A stretch of DNA of 64,000 nt from Octopus vulgaris (Eukaryota): assembly GCA_951406725.2 (NCBI GenBank), contig OX597814.1:5332001-5396000 (forward strand), written 5' to 3'. The notes beneath the pieces were generated by a model. The model had not been told where the DNA came from and searched no databases. It worked only from the letters and a program-made list of their open reading frames with translations. How positions within the stretch are numbered: position 1 is the first letter of the stretch; each line of letters opens with the position of its first letter. The position numbers and the translations under genes are program-made. Shown here piece by piece: positions 38,732 to 52,504 of the stretch.

Positions 38732-39242
38732 GCTGAAACCTTTTATTAGTATATCCAGTACAATATGTTGCATAGTTGGGTTGTTGGCAACTAAACTGGT
38801 ACGCCCACCAGAATATCCTGGTGAGGAGGGTTGCTAGAAACCCAGCAAGATTACAAACAAGAAGTCGGATGAACCTAATGCAATAGACCGCGTATGCAGA
38901 ATTTCCGGGATGGTGTCTGGCGTGCTGACAGACCACTGGGAGTGAGGTGCCCCTCAGCTTCTGTTGAAGCATGTTTCTAGAAGGTCACTCTGATATAAAA
39001 CCAGATATGCAGGGAACGGCAGTGGAAATTTTGGGGATCTTTGGTTTGTGCTAGAGATCATGGCGTTCCCACATCCCTGAGCCTATGACTCATATTGGCA
39101 CCAGACATCTCACTTTGATTTGTCTCTGGGTAATGACAATAAAGTGGAGAGGGTCTATGAAATATCGTGCAAGCCTTATTAGACCTACACCTGTGGTCAG
39201 GCATTGCTGACCTCTGCTCGATGTGTGCTGATTTTTTCCCCC

Positions 39243-39283
<41 letters not shown>

Positions 39284-39380
39284 TTATTTATTTTATTTTC
39301 AGTATATATGTATCTTTATTCTTAGTATATATTTATACATGCATTCATTTTTAGTATATTTTTATTTTATTTTTATTCGG

Positions 39381-40950
39381 AAGTCCAACAGTGAAGGGAA
39401 GGTGGTGAAGCAAGCAGACCTTACAGGTTGAAAGCATGTAGTCAGCGACCTGCACGTAGGTGGCCCATGCTAGATATAAAATCATCTCCTTGCCGCCCAA
39501 GACAGTGGTAAAATTCAGTTGCTGCATGGGTGTCTGAGCAGTTCAATTTGGAGAGGGCACCACTCACCTGGAGGCCGGGGAGGTTGTAGAAAAGGTGCAC
39601 CAAAAATTGCCTGTCTTTCTAGATCTGGTCAGTTTAGCATGACTCAAACAACGAAAACGCGAAATCAATGCTAGTTTAGTCCAGAGACTGCTTGTGCACG
39701 AAATCAAATTGAATGCTGGATCAGGAACAAACCCAACAGAAGGGGATTCTGACAATGAATGAGAGCCAAATGGAAAGAGATAGGACTCTTCAAAACAAGT
39801 GAGCATCTGTTAGGTGACCAGGCAAGAGCAATTAGAGCAAAAACATGGAAATTGAAGAGATAAAAAGAAAAGTAGAAAACAGAAATAATCCTTCACCAAC
39901 AGATAACGTGCCCAGTGAGAACAGAGAAATAAATAACGGCAGTGAAGATGTAGAACAAAGTGTAAATGTAAATGAATTCTCCACAAATTAAGCAGAAGTA
40001 ATAGGAAGAGCTGTATCACAAGAATACGGTGATGACCAACAAGATGTAGAGAGGATATATTTAAGAAGACCAGGATCAAGACCCTTCCCCCCATAATCTG
40101 AGGTACATTGACCGATGCAAGATCAAGGTTGATTCATTTCTTGGGCTATTCCATACGAGAAATATAACTAATGCTAACAAGATTATTTAGGGTGCAGCAA
40201 TTGTTGCTGCAGATAGAATTGGATACAAAAGAAAAGAACAAACAGAACGTAAAGAACTGTTCTGGTGTAGAGGAATTTGTGAGGAACAAAGACATTTTGA
40301 TAGATTGAGAAGAGGGGAATTGCAGAACGATAGTATAAGAATGATGCTGGAAAGAACAGATGAGATAAGAGATAAATTGTATAATGTGATATTGGAAGAA
40401 TTGAAACAAAGAGTTGGAGCAATCAAAGCAAAAGAGGAAAGACATTACAATAGAAGAAAATAATTCAAGCAGAACAGATTGTTTGAAGCAAATCAGAAGG
40501 AGCTGTTTCAGGAACTGGATGGGCAATTACGTATAACAATGATACCAGAAGTAGAGGAAAGTAGGGCATTCTGGAGAGGGATCTGGGACCAATCTGCAGA
40601 TCATAATAATGAAGCTGAGTGATTGCATGAAATCCAAAATAGGTTAAGAAATATAGAAGGCAAAAAAGACATAAAAATAACTACAGAAATGATAAAAAAA
40701 GCAGTTAAGAAAATTCCCAAATCGGAAAAGCCCAGGATTGGATGGGGTCACGGGTTATTGGACAAACAAGCTGAGAGAGCTTCGTAAAAGGATAGCGCAA
40801 CAGCTAGATGAGTGCTTGTGGGAAGGTGCAGTACCCAGCTAGAAGACGAAGGGACAGACATTGTTATGTGCCAAGGATCCTGGGAAGGGAAATGTTGCAT
40901 CCAACTTTAGAACAATATCATGGTTTTTGCTCATGTGGAAAATAATGTCA
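39381..40950 (+). mobile_element. Decayed R4/Dong-like LINE, 5' part to start of RT
   Basis: KQNRLFEANQKELF, FWRGIW, KSPGLDGV.GYW, SNFRTIS motifs with stops/frameshifts; cut off by the satellite. Confidence 0.7.
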
Positions 40951-40958
40951 CCTAATTT

Positions 40959-43900
40959 CTCCTGAAATTGCTGGCCTTGCGCCAAAATTTGAAACCAAAA
41001 CTCCAGTGTTGTTTATGGTCAATAAAATAAGTACCAGTTGAGCACTGGGGTAGATATAATTGACTTACCCACTCTCCTGAAATTGCTGGCCTTGAGCCAA
41101 AATTTAAAACCAAAATTCCAGTGATGTTTATGGTCAATAAAATAAGTACCAGTTGATCACTGTGGTTGATGTAATTGACTTAGACACTCACCTGAAATTG
41201 CTAGCCTTGTGCCAAAATTTAAAACCAAAATTCCAGCGATGTTTATGGTCAATAAAATAAGTACCAGTTGATCACTGGTGTTGATGTAATTGACTTAGAC
41301 ACTCTCCTGAAATTGATGGCCTTCTGCCAAAATTTAAAACCAAAATTCCAGTGATGTTTATGGTCAATAAAATAAGTACCAGTTGATCACTGGGGTTGAT
41401 GTAATTGACTTAGACACTCTCCTGAAATTGCTAGCCTTGTGCCAAAATTTAAAACCAAAATTCCAGTGATGTTTATGGTCAATAAAATAAGTACCAGTTG
41501 ATCACTGGTGTTGATGTAATTGACTTAGCCACTCTCCTGAAATTGCTGGCCTTGTGCCAAAATTTAAAACCAAAATTCCAGCGATGTTTATGGTCAATAA
41601 AATAAGTACCAGTTGATCACTGGTGTTGATGTAATTGACTTAGACACTCTCCTGAAATTGATGGCCTTGTGCCAAAATTTAAAACCAAAATTCCAGTGAT
41701 GTTTATGGTCAATAAAATAAGTACCAGTTGAGCACTGGTGTTGATGTAATTGACTTAGACCACTCTCCTGAAATTGTGGCCTTCTGCCAAAATTTAAAAC
41801 CAAAATTCCAGTGATGTTTATGGTCAATAAAATAAGTACCAGTTGAGCACTGGGGTTGATGTAATTGACTTAGACACTCTCCTGAAATTGCTGGCCTTGT
41901 GCCAAAATTTAAAACCAAAATTCCAGTGATGTTTATGGTCAATAAAATAAGTACCAGTTGAGCACTGGGTTGATGTAATTGACTTAGACACTCTCCTGAA
42001 ATTGCTGGCCTTCTGCCAAAATTTAAAACCAAAATTCCAGTGATGTTTATGGTCAATAAAATAAGTACCAGTTGAAAATTTAAACACTGGTTTATGGTTG
42101 ATGTAATTGACTTAGCACTCTCCTGAAATTGTGGCCTTCTCCAAAATTTAAAACCAAAATTCCAGTGATGTTTATGGTCAATAAAATAAGTACCAGTTGA
42201 TCACTGGGTTGATGTAATTGACTTAGACACTCTCCTGAAATTGCTGGCCTTCTGCCAAAATTTAAAACCAAAATTCCAGTGATGTTTATGGTCAATAAAA
42301 TAAGTACCAGTTGATCACTGGGGTTGATGTAATTGACTTAGCACTCTCCTGAAATTGCTGGCCTTCTGCCAAAATTTAAAACCAAAATTCCAGTGATGTT
42401 TATGGTCAATAAAATAAGTACCAGTTGATCACTGGGGTTGATGTAATTGACTTAGACACTCTCCTGAAATTGCTGGCCTTCTGCCAAAATTTAAAACCAA
42501 AATTCCAGTGATGTTTATGGTCAATAAAATAAGTACCAGTTGATCACTGGGGTTGATGTAATTGACTTAGACACTCTCCTGAAATTGCTGGCCTTCTGCC
42601 AAAATTTAAAACCAAAATTCCAGTGATGTTTATGGTCAATAAAATAAGTACCAGTTGATCACTGGGGTTGATGTAATTGACTTAGACACTCTCCTGAAAT
42701 TGCTGGCCTTCTGCCAAAATTTAAAACCAAAATTCCAGTGATGTTTATGGTCAATAAAATAAGTACCAGTTGAGCACTGGGGTTGATGTAATTGACTTAG
42801 ACACTCTCCTGAAATTGCTGGCCTTCTGCCAAAATTTAAAACCAAAATTCCAGTGATGTTTATGGTCAATAAAATAAGTACCAGTTGATCACTGGGGTTG
42901 ATGTAATTGACTTAGACACTCTCCTGAAATTGCTGGCCTTCTGCCAAAATTTAAAACCAAAATTCCAGTGATGTTTATGGTCAATAAAATAAGTACCAGT
43001 TGAGCACTGGGGTTGATGTAATTGACTTAGCCACTCTCCTGAAATTGATGGCCTTCTACCAAAATTTAAAACCAAAATTCCAGTGATGTTTATGGTCAAT
43101 AAAATAAGTACCAGTTGATCACTGGGGTTGATGTAATTGACTTAGACACTCTCCTGAAATTGCTGGCCTTCTGCCAAAATTTAAAACCAAAATTCCAGTG
43201 ATGTTTATGGTCAATAAAATAAGTACCAGTTGATCACTGGGGTTGATGTAATTGACTTAGACACTCTCCTGAAATTGCTGGCCTTCTACCAAAATTTAAA
43301 ACCAAAATTCCAGTGATGTTTATGGTCAATAAAATAAGTACCAGTTGAGCACTGGTGTTGATGTAATTGACTTAGACACTCTCCTGAAATTGCTGGCCTT
43401 CTGCCAAAATTTAAAACCAAAATTCCAGTGATGTTTATGGTCAATAAAATAAGTACCAGTTGAGCACTGGTGTTGATGTAATTGACTTAGACACTCTCCT
43501 GAAATTGCTGGCCTTCTGCCAAAATTTAAAACCAAAATTCCAGTGATGTTTATGGTCAATAAAATAAGTACCAGTTGATCACTGGGGTTGATGTAATTGA
43601 CTGAGCCACTCTCGCGAAATTGCTGGCCTTCTACCAAAATTTAAAACCAAAATTCCAGTGATGTTTATGGTCAATAAAATAAGTACCAGTTGAGCACTGG
43701 GGTTGATGTAATTGACTTAGCCACTCTCCTGAAATTGCTGGCCTTGTGCCAAAATTTGAAACCAAAATTCCAGTGATGTTTATGGTCAATAAAATAAGTA
43801 CCAGTTGAGCAGTGGGGTTGATGTAATTGACTTAGCCACTCTCCTGAAATTGGTGGCCTTGAGCCAAAATTTGAAACCAAAATTCCAGTGATGTTTATGG

Positions 43901-46163
43901 TCAATAAAATAAGTACCAGTTGAGCACTGGGGTTGATGTAATTGACTTAGACACTCTCCTGAAATTGCTGGCCTTGAGCCAAAATTTGAAACCAAAATTC
44001 CAGTGATGTTTATGGTCAATAAAATAAGTACCAGTTGAGCACTGGGGTTGATGTAATTGACTTAGACACTCTCCTGAAATTGCTGGCCTTTGCCAAAATT
44101 TGAAACCAAAATTCCAGTGATGTTTATGGTCAATAAAATAAGTACCAGTTGAGCACTGGGGTTGATGTAATTGACTTAGCCACTCTCCTGAAATTGCTGG
44201 CCTTGTGCCAAAATTTAAAACCAAAATTCCAGTGATGTTTATGGTCAATAAAATAAGTACAAATTGAGCACTGGAGTTGATGTAATTGACTTAGACGCTG
44301 TCTTGAAATTGCTGGCCTTGAGCCAAAATTTGAAACCAAAATTCCAGTGATGTTTATGGTCAATAAAATAAGTACCAGTTGAGCACTGGGGTTGATGTAA
44401 TTGACTTAGCCACTCTCCTGAAATTGGTGGCCTTATGCCAAAATTTGAAACCAAAATTCCAGTGATGTTTATGGTCAATAAAATAAGTACCAGTTGAGCA
44501 CTGGGGTTGATGTAATTGACTTAGCCACTCTCCTGAAATTGCTGGCCTTATGCCAAAATTTGAAACCAAAATTCCAGTGATGTTTATGGTCAATAAAATA
44601 AGTACCAGTTGAGCACTGGGGTTGATGTAATTGACTTAGACACTCTCCTGAAATTGGTGGCCTTATGCCAAAATTTGAAACCAAAACTCCTGTGATGTTA
44701 ATGGTCAATGAAATAAGTACCAGTTGAGCACTGGGTTTGATGTAATTGACTTCGTCACTCTCAAGAAGTTGGTGGCGTTGTGCCAAAATTTTAAACCAAA
44801 ATTCCAGTGATGTTTATGGTCAATAAAATAAGTACCAATTGAGCAGTGGGGTACATGTAATTGACTTAGCCACTCTCCTGAAATTGCTGGCCTTGTGCCA
44901 AAATTTGAAACTAAAATTCCAGTGATGTTTATGGTCAATAAAATAAGTACCAGTTGAGCACTAGGGTTGAGGTAATTGACTTCGACACTCCCCTGAAATT
45001 GCTGGCCTTGTGCCAAAATTTGAAAGCAAAATTCCAGTGATGTTTATGATCAATAAAATAAGTACCAGTTGACCACTGGGGTTGATGTAATTGACTTAGA
45101 CATTCTCCTGAAATTGGTGGCCTTGTGACAAAATTTAAAACCAAAATTCCAGTGATGTTTATGGTCAATAAAATAAGTACCAATTGATCACTGGGGTTGA
45201 TGTAATTGACTTAGACACTCTCCTGCGAAATTGCTGGCCTTGTGCCAAAATTTGAAACCAATAAAATAAGTACCAGTTGAGCACTGTGGTTGAGGTAATT
45301 GACTTAGACACTCTCCTGAAATTGCTGGCCTTGTGCCAAAACAAAATTCCAGTGATGTTTATGGTCAATAAAATAAGTACCAGTTGAGCACTGGGGTTGA
45401 TGTAATTGACTTAGACACTCTCCTGAAATTGCTGGCCTTCTGCCAAAATTTGAAAGCAAAATTCCAGTGATGTTTATGGTCAATAAAATAAGTACCAGTT
45501 GAGCACTGGGGTTGATGTAATTGACTTAGCCACTCTCCTGAAATTGCTGGTGTTGTGCCAAAATTTAAACCAAAATTCCAGTGATGTTTATGGTCAATAA
45601 AATAAGTACCAGTTGAGCACTGGGGTTGATGTAATTGACTAGCCACTCTCCTGAACTTGCTGGTTTCGTGCCAAAATTTGAAAGCAAAATTCCAGTGATG
45701 TTTATGGTCAATAAAATAAGTACCAATTGAGCACTGGGGTTGATGTAATTGTCTTAGCCACTCTCCTGAACTTGCTGGTTTCGTGCCAAAATTTGAAAGC
45801 AAAATTCCAGTGATGTTTATGGTCAATAAAATAAGTACCAGCTGAGCACTGGGGTTGATGTAATTGACTTAGCCACTCACCTGAAATTGCTGGCCTTGTG
45901 CCAAAATTTGAAACCAAAATTCCAGTGATGTTTATGGTCAATAAAATAAGTACCAATTGAGCACTGGGGTACATGTAATTGAGATAGCCACTCTCCTGAA
46001 ATTGCTGGCCTTGTGCCAAAATTTAAAACCAAAATTCCAGTGATGTTTATGGTCAATAAAATAAGTACCAATTGAGCACTGGGGTTGATGTAATTGACTT
46101 AGACACTCTCCTGAAATTGCTGGCCTTGTGCCAAAATTTGAAACCAAAATTCCTGTGATGTTT
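40959..46163. repeat. 115-bp tandem satellite, ~45 copies, intronic
   Basis: Unit GTCAATAAAATAAGTACCAGTTGAGCACTGGGGTTGATGTAATTGACTTAG...CCAGTGATGTTTATG; ORF track repeats at 115-nt steps. Confidence 0.98.
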
Positions 46164-46369
46164 CTAGTATTTATTATAATTAATAGAGATAGTGTTTACT
46201 TAGTATCAGTTAAATGTTGATTATATTTTCCTGTTTGCTAATGTATTATAATAATAACTTATAACTTTGTCTTCAAATACTTTTCTGTCTTTACCCACTG
46301 AACTCCCCAGCTCACCCCTAATCCCTCACCAACGAAATTATTTTATCTTTTTACTTTTTCATAATTTAG

Positions 46370-47893
46370 TTGTGCTGGACGTTTGTAGCAGAGATCATAT
46401 ACTGCAAAATGTGAAGTTAGATGTTCAACCGTTCTGGGAACCATGTGAAGAAAATACCATTTCAAGCCAGCAAGTCCATGACTATTTACTACCTTCCCAG
46501 TTCCATCTGACTTTCTTACAGAAACATAAAATCAAAGTTAATGACCAATTAAAGAAATGGGCTGAAGTAATTTGGAAAGATTCCAAGTTTAATAAACTGA
46601 AATTAAAATATTCTGAAGAAAATTTTGAGGAAATTGAAAAATGTTTGGAAGATTTATTAAATTCCATTACTATTGAAACTATTGATGTTCCAACTGATAT
46701 GTTTGAGGACATTGTTAGAACATTTAACAGTGAAGCCGACCAAAGGTATTTTTATTTTGATAACCGGAATTTCCAAGCTCATATTTTGGGATTTGATACA
46801 AGTAATGTAATTAAAATGAAAAAGAGACTTTTGGATAATCTTAGAACGGAACGTGAGGATGATTTAAATATTCATGAAAAACGTATTCTATCTGGTCTCA
46901 GATTTCGTGAGCAGGCAGAAAGACAATCTGAAGATCTAAAAGTCAGAATTTATGTTAACAAAGTTATTTTTAAAGGCCACACTTCGAAAATAGCCGAATG
47001 TCAAAAGGATATGAATAAAATACTTCAGTCAGTTGTAAGATCGAAACTGGGTTTGCCTTTAAATACTGGAATGATCATAAATAAAAAACCAGTGAAAGAA
47101 TATCTTGATGAAAAACTGAGAAACAAGAAATGTATCGGTTCATGGGAAACGGGTGATGGTGATTCAGTAATACTTTATGCAAGTGATAAAACACATCTTT
47201 CACTTTTGGAAGAAATCATGAAAGAAACTTTTGTTGCCAATACACTGGATTTTGTGGACAAAATTAAGGATACTCCAAGTCATGTAAAGTGGCTGACATT
47301 AGTTAAAAGTGTAAAAGAAGAGTTTCTAGATTTCTGTTTTATTGGAGAAAAGTCTATTGTTGCTGTTGATGCTGTAGTTAATGTTATAAAAAGCGAAATT
47401 GATAACTTTAAGCAATCTTTAAATTATGAATCTTATATACCGATGAATCGTGCACATTTCCTCTTTCTTAAAGAGTTCAAAGAACAGGAAATCAATGACT
47501 TTAGTGAGAAAAATAAAATTAAGAATGTGTGTCTGAAAGATAATAAGTTACACCTGGATGGAACACAAGAGCAAATTAGGAAAATGGAAACATTTATAGA
47601 AAATTTAAGGAAAGATATCAGCTCAAAAGATGCAACATTTAGATCTCAAGAAACCCAGAAAAGTGAAGAAGGAAAGAATTTCTCATGGGAAAAGCAGATG
47701 AAATCTGAGAGTAAAAAATTAAATTCAGATTTAGGAAGTGAAACAAATGAAATAGTTAATGTTAAGTATAAGAACTGTGAAATAGTGTTGAAGGAAGGTG
47801 ACATCACGACTCTGGACACAGATGCTATTGTTAATGCTGCAAATGGCAGACTGGAACACTGGGGTGGGGTTGCAGCAGCCATTGTGCAGAAAG
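46370..47893 (+). CDS. PARP14-like gene large exon: KH-like region + first half of macrodomain
   Basis: TTTAG acceptor, G|GTTAGT donor, 1524 nt phase 1-1, open; ends GDITTLDTDAIVNAANGRLEHWGGVAAAIVQKG. Confidence 0.92.
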
Positions 47894-47934
47894 GTTAGTA
47901 ATACCATTTTTTATAGTTAATGTTTCTTTTTAGA

Positions 47935-48090
47935 TCCAAGTGTGGTTGAGAAGCTTGCTTCCTGACCTTGTGGTTTCAGGTTCAATTCCACTCACAGCAT
48001 TTTGGACAAGTGTCTTCTGTTATAGGTCAATGGTTGGCCAAAACCTTGGGAGTGGATTTCGTTGATAGAAACTGAAAGAAGCTCATCGTG
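47935..48090 (+). mobile_element. tRNA-derived SINE
   Basis: GTGTGGTTGAGAAGCTTGCTTCC..GGTTCAATTCC; related copies at ~13160-13285, ~29690-29850 and ~56685-56745 on minus. Confidence 0.7.
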
Positions 48091-48103
48091 TGTGTATGCA
48101 TGA

Positions 48104-51100
48104 ACATGTTAATTTTCTTTTAAAAAACGTTACTTGTGTAGATGCATTATCTTTTTATAATTATTCTTTTTATCTTATTATTTGTGTGCATGTGTGTGTT
48201 AATATATTTGAAAAACAACATAGCCATTAGATTTATATAGAGAATTCTTTCAATACAGTTAGCGGTAAGTAGATTAATCTATTCTTAAACTTTCATTATT
48301 ACTAGTGAGAGTATGATATGCTAAGAAGTTTATGTGTAGAAGTTAAAACTTGAAAATTTTATCAATACAAAAATTGCAATCAGAATTTCCAGTTTTATAG
48401 GATTTAGCATGTCTTATGATTTCCCACTTTAGGTTATAATTTTTATTATTGTCCTTTAATTCTCAAATAAACTTCTTTAGACTAGTATAAGGTAATTTAC
48501 TTCTGTTTCTAATTGTGCAATCATGGTTTGTAATATGCATTTTTATGTAATTTTCTGTAGATCCTATGTAAAAACAGTTTTTACCCTCAGCTTCCACTTT
48601 ACTTCTATATACTACATTTTTTTTATTTGTAACAATTTTTAAACAAACAGTTATCCTTAAATTTGCATTCACTATACATATTTTTATTTTTATTTACTCT
48701 TATAGACTTGTAATCAGTATTATCATTGCTCAAAGCTTTAGTATTCTGGTTACAATAGGATACAACATTCATTGTCTCCCTTCATACTTTAGAAGATTTC
48801 TTTTTTTATATATTCACTATAATCAGAATTATTTTTGTTGTCAAGTAATGCGTCATTACTAAATCTAACTGTACTATTACAGAAATTAGTTAACTGTTTA
48901 TTGTTAAGTGAAAATATAATCTGGGAAACATTGGTCGAGACATAAAATCCAACACAGAGCCTGCTGGGATTAATTATGTCATAATACTTCATTTCCTTAG
49001 AAAAGTGATTTGTAAATAGTTTATAAAGAGATTAAACTAATTTACTCTTAATTTATTTGGCAAATGGAATAATTAACCAAATAATATTATAAGTTTCATT
49101 ATAATTATGTAAGTGTTAATCAATTTTATTTATATATGGGGTATGTCATTTAATATCATCTTTACTTTTATGAATATCATTAGAGGAATGAAGCAATGAA
49201 TCGTTTTTCATATTTAGAATATCATTGTTATTTAGTTTATACTTATTTTTATTCTTACCCTTATTTTTATTTTATTCAAATGCTTTTAATTTTCTGTTAT
49301 TATTTATATTTAAATTATTCCCTGGAGCTTATGCTAGGTGCACAATATTTTGACTTCTGCTTATGTCCTGCCCTCCCAAGTGCCATGTTGTAAAAGTCCA
49401 CATTTTTGTTGAAAATCTCCTCATTTAGCCATAAAGTTGAGATTCTTCTAGATACATTGTAAATCAAAGAATTTGTAATAGATCTTGGATGATTACTTCC
49501 AATATTTGTATATCTAAAGTTGGTGTTCGATTTATGTAATGGTTTGTGGTTGCCAATAATGAGGTTAAGGTTAACATCTAAAATGTTTACTGACTCATTC
49601 TCAATGTCAATAGTTTTGGAGAGTCCAAAGTTTTTTTTTTAAATCTATAAAATTTCTTCTTATACATTTCTAATTTTCTATTAGAAAAGTTTCTAAGAGC
49701 AAAAGGTGTATCATCCCCATACAAACCTCCGCTAAGTTCAGGAAAATCTCTACTTAAATTAAATATACCTACTAGATCAGTGACATGTGCAAACTCCTCA
49801 GATCCCATTGTTATATGAAAGCCATCATTATTAACTTTTTAAATCCAATATTTGTTGTGAAATTCAATAACTATTTTCGTGACAGCTAAAATTATGTTAA
49901 TTTCTTCCATAGTTCATTTAGAGTTTTTCTCACAAACAAAAGAGCCTTATTTAATAATATATGGTTAATAGAAGAATAATAATTATCTGTATGAATTTGT
50001 AAAAATTTCTTTCTTTTTTATTATCAATTCCATTAAACCAATCAGTTACTTTTTATGTATAGACCAAAGCTTTAATTTTATCATGTTCTTAACTGCAGGT
50101 ACATACTTATCTGTACTGGCGTAGTTTAGCCTACCTAAGTCTGATTTACCTGGGCAAATTAATCCTACTTTAGGGTTGTCATAGAAATTCTCCTTATGGT
50201 CTTTTAGCATAATCCTAGGTTTCTTTGGAACAAAAGGTTTAGTCCTATCATCCAATTTGTAATCGGTCATTATCTTTATCGATATTAGGTTAATAGTTCT
50301 CAATATATTGTTGTGGTTCGGCTAGTACAGTATTTCTTGACCTACTTTGTTGAGAGTGTAGACAGAAAGTCTGGAATAAAAAGCTACAGCCCTTTGTTTA
50401 CTGGAAGAGTAATGGCTTTTGGAGGGACCTTTGGCCTTGTGCCGGTCGATTAGGGGTCAGAGAGATGTGAGGGCCGAGGAAGATAGAGTAAGGAAGAATC
50501 TAGTGACAGTGAAGAAGAGGAGGAGGAAAGTAGTGAGAAAGACAGAGTAAGGGATCTGAGAGCAGATAGAGAGAATATTAGCAGTGCTAAGACAGATTGA
50601 GGGGTGGTGAGAGAGCAAGACGTTTGGACAGTCGGTATTCGGTCGTCAAGGCGAGGAGTCAGTATTCGGTCGTCAAGGCGAGGAGTCGGTATTCGGTCGT
50701 CAAAGCGAGCAGTCGGTTTTTGGGAGTTGAGGCGAGCGGTTGGAATTTAAGCAGTCGGCGGTCTTGGAGTATTGGGACAGAGAGAGATATATACAGAGGA
50801 ATAGGCGGCGATGGAGATGATGTACAATATGAGGCGTTGGCTAATGTAAGGTACGTGAATTGTGTATTGATATGTGAAGAAAAAGAAGGACAAGGAACTG
50901 ATGTATTGAACAGTGAAAAGAAATGAGACAGTGAAAAGAACAATGTGAATTGTGTAAAGACATTGTGTACAGTGTTGTGATTTGAACATTGTATAATGAA
51001 CATTGAACTGTTAGGCCTGTAATGTCCTTTGAACTGTATATGACTTGTTGATGTGTTTTGAAATAGAACTGTGTCTTCGGACGTGTACTCTTGAAATGCT

Positions 51101-52023
51101 GATGTATTGAACTTGATGTGTTGTTACCGGACGGTTATATTGTTACTTGCATGTTTAAATGCTTTGATCTGTGGTATACCTGTATGATGTATTGAGTTGT
51201 CACGTGCATGTCCTCTTTTAAATGTATCTGAAATGTATTTGATGTTGTAACAATTGATTGTCATATAAACTAGTTGTTAAATGTAAGCCAGTTGTGCCTT
51301 GCCTCTTTGTGTCTCTCTCGATTGCCTCTGTATCTCTTCGTGCTGCTGCTGTTGTTGTTGTATCTCTCTCCTCTCCTCTCCTGGGTTCCGTAGCGAACTT
51401 GCCCGTTCGGGCGAGCGATGGCAGGTGATTCCGTAACAATATTTTTATTATGTAACTGCTAGTAATTTCCTTTTTTTAATAGTTCATGATACTAATATAT
51501 ATTTCAGATATTCCTAGTCTTGTTCATATGTACAATAATACCATCATTTCTCTTAAGTTCCAAGATTATTGTTTTAATCTTTCTCAAATGCATATTTCCT
51601 CGGGGGTGGGGGGTATTTTTAAGATTTAACATTTTTTAGTATTTTCCACGACTCATCTTCAAAGTTTGCTTGGTGAATATTTGGTGGTGGGTATCTTTTT
51701 GTTGTAAACTTATTCAACAGTGGTACTCCTTTGTCACTTTTGGTCCTTCCCTGCTTTCCCATTTTCTTGTCAATAAGTCTAGGGATGAACTCTATTGTCT
51801 TTTTTTTTCTAAATCAAATCCTTGATTTGAATAAATTGATCTGCTTACCACTAACTGTAGCGAAAGCATTGATTGTACAAATCTAATGGTCGTGTTGTTT
51901 TGCAATTATATTAACACACACATGCACATAAATAAGATAACAATAACAACAACAACAACAATACTAATAATAAAAACAATGCATCAACACAAGTAAGGGT
52001 TTATTTAAAAAACATTAACATGT
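48104..52023 (-). mobile_element. Decayed Penelope-like element (RT + GIY-YIG) with inverted terminal repeats, split by a solo LTR
   Basis: LKDHKENF..P, MGS...DLVG..GGLYGDD, NVVY..FYIGSTE; ~48104-48285 is reverse-complementary to ~51830-52023. Confidence 0.85.
50309..51438. mobile_element. Solo LTR (Gypsy-like) with 4-bp TSD
   Basis: ATAT|TGTTGTGG ... CCGTAACA|ATAT; TG..CA ends; internal 27-bp tandem repeats ~50629-50717. Confidence 0.8.
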
Positions 52024-52255
52024 CCATAACTGTGGGATGGGATTCTTTTTTCTCTTGATTTCTAACCCTAATGAAATGCTCAATTGATGTTATTTGTTAT
52101 GGGAATTTCTCCATTTTCTTTCCTTATACATAAATGATAATATACTCTTTTGTATCAATGAGAAGCTAACATCTTTTTTATTATCTCACCGACACATTGG
52201 ATAAAACCGTGGAACTTGGATTCTAACAGCCCTTTGGGAGGTATATACATACTCA

Positions 52256-52296
<41 letters not shown>

Positions 52297-52504
52297 GGTG
52301 AGTAGCCAGGTCTTGACAACACATGATGGTTGTAAATGAACATAAAAATCACTCAAGTGATGTCCAAAATGATTCAGAGTGTTTCAATTAAAAAAACGTA
52401 TCTGAATGTATTAGACAGTTTTTGTTTAAAAGGCGAAAATATTTCTGAAATACTCGCCTAATAAGCAAGGATATGTTTCCTAGGATACGGTAATTAATTA
52501 TATT

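Noticed and set aside
40959-46163. CRISPR array or repeat-protein gene (many MTINITGILV ORFs)
   Set aside because: No unique spacers, no cas genes, eukaryotic context; unit length 115 is not a multiple of 3, so ORFs terminate every ~2 units
46267-46369. N-terminal extension of the 543-aa ORF
   Set aside because: Non-ATG start and polypyrimidine tract; intronic sequence before the acceptor at 46369
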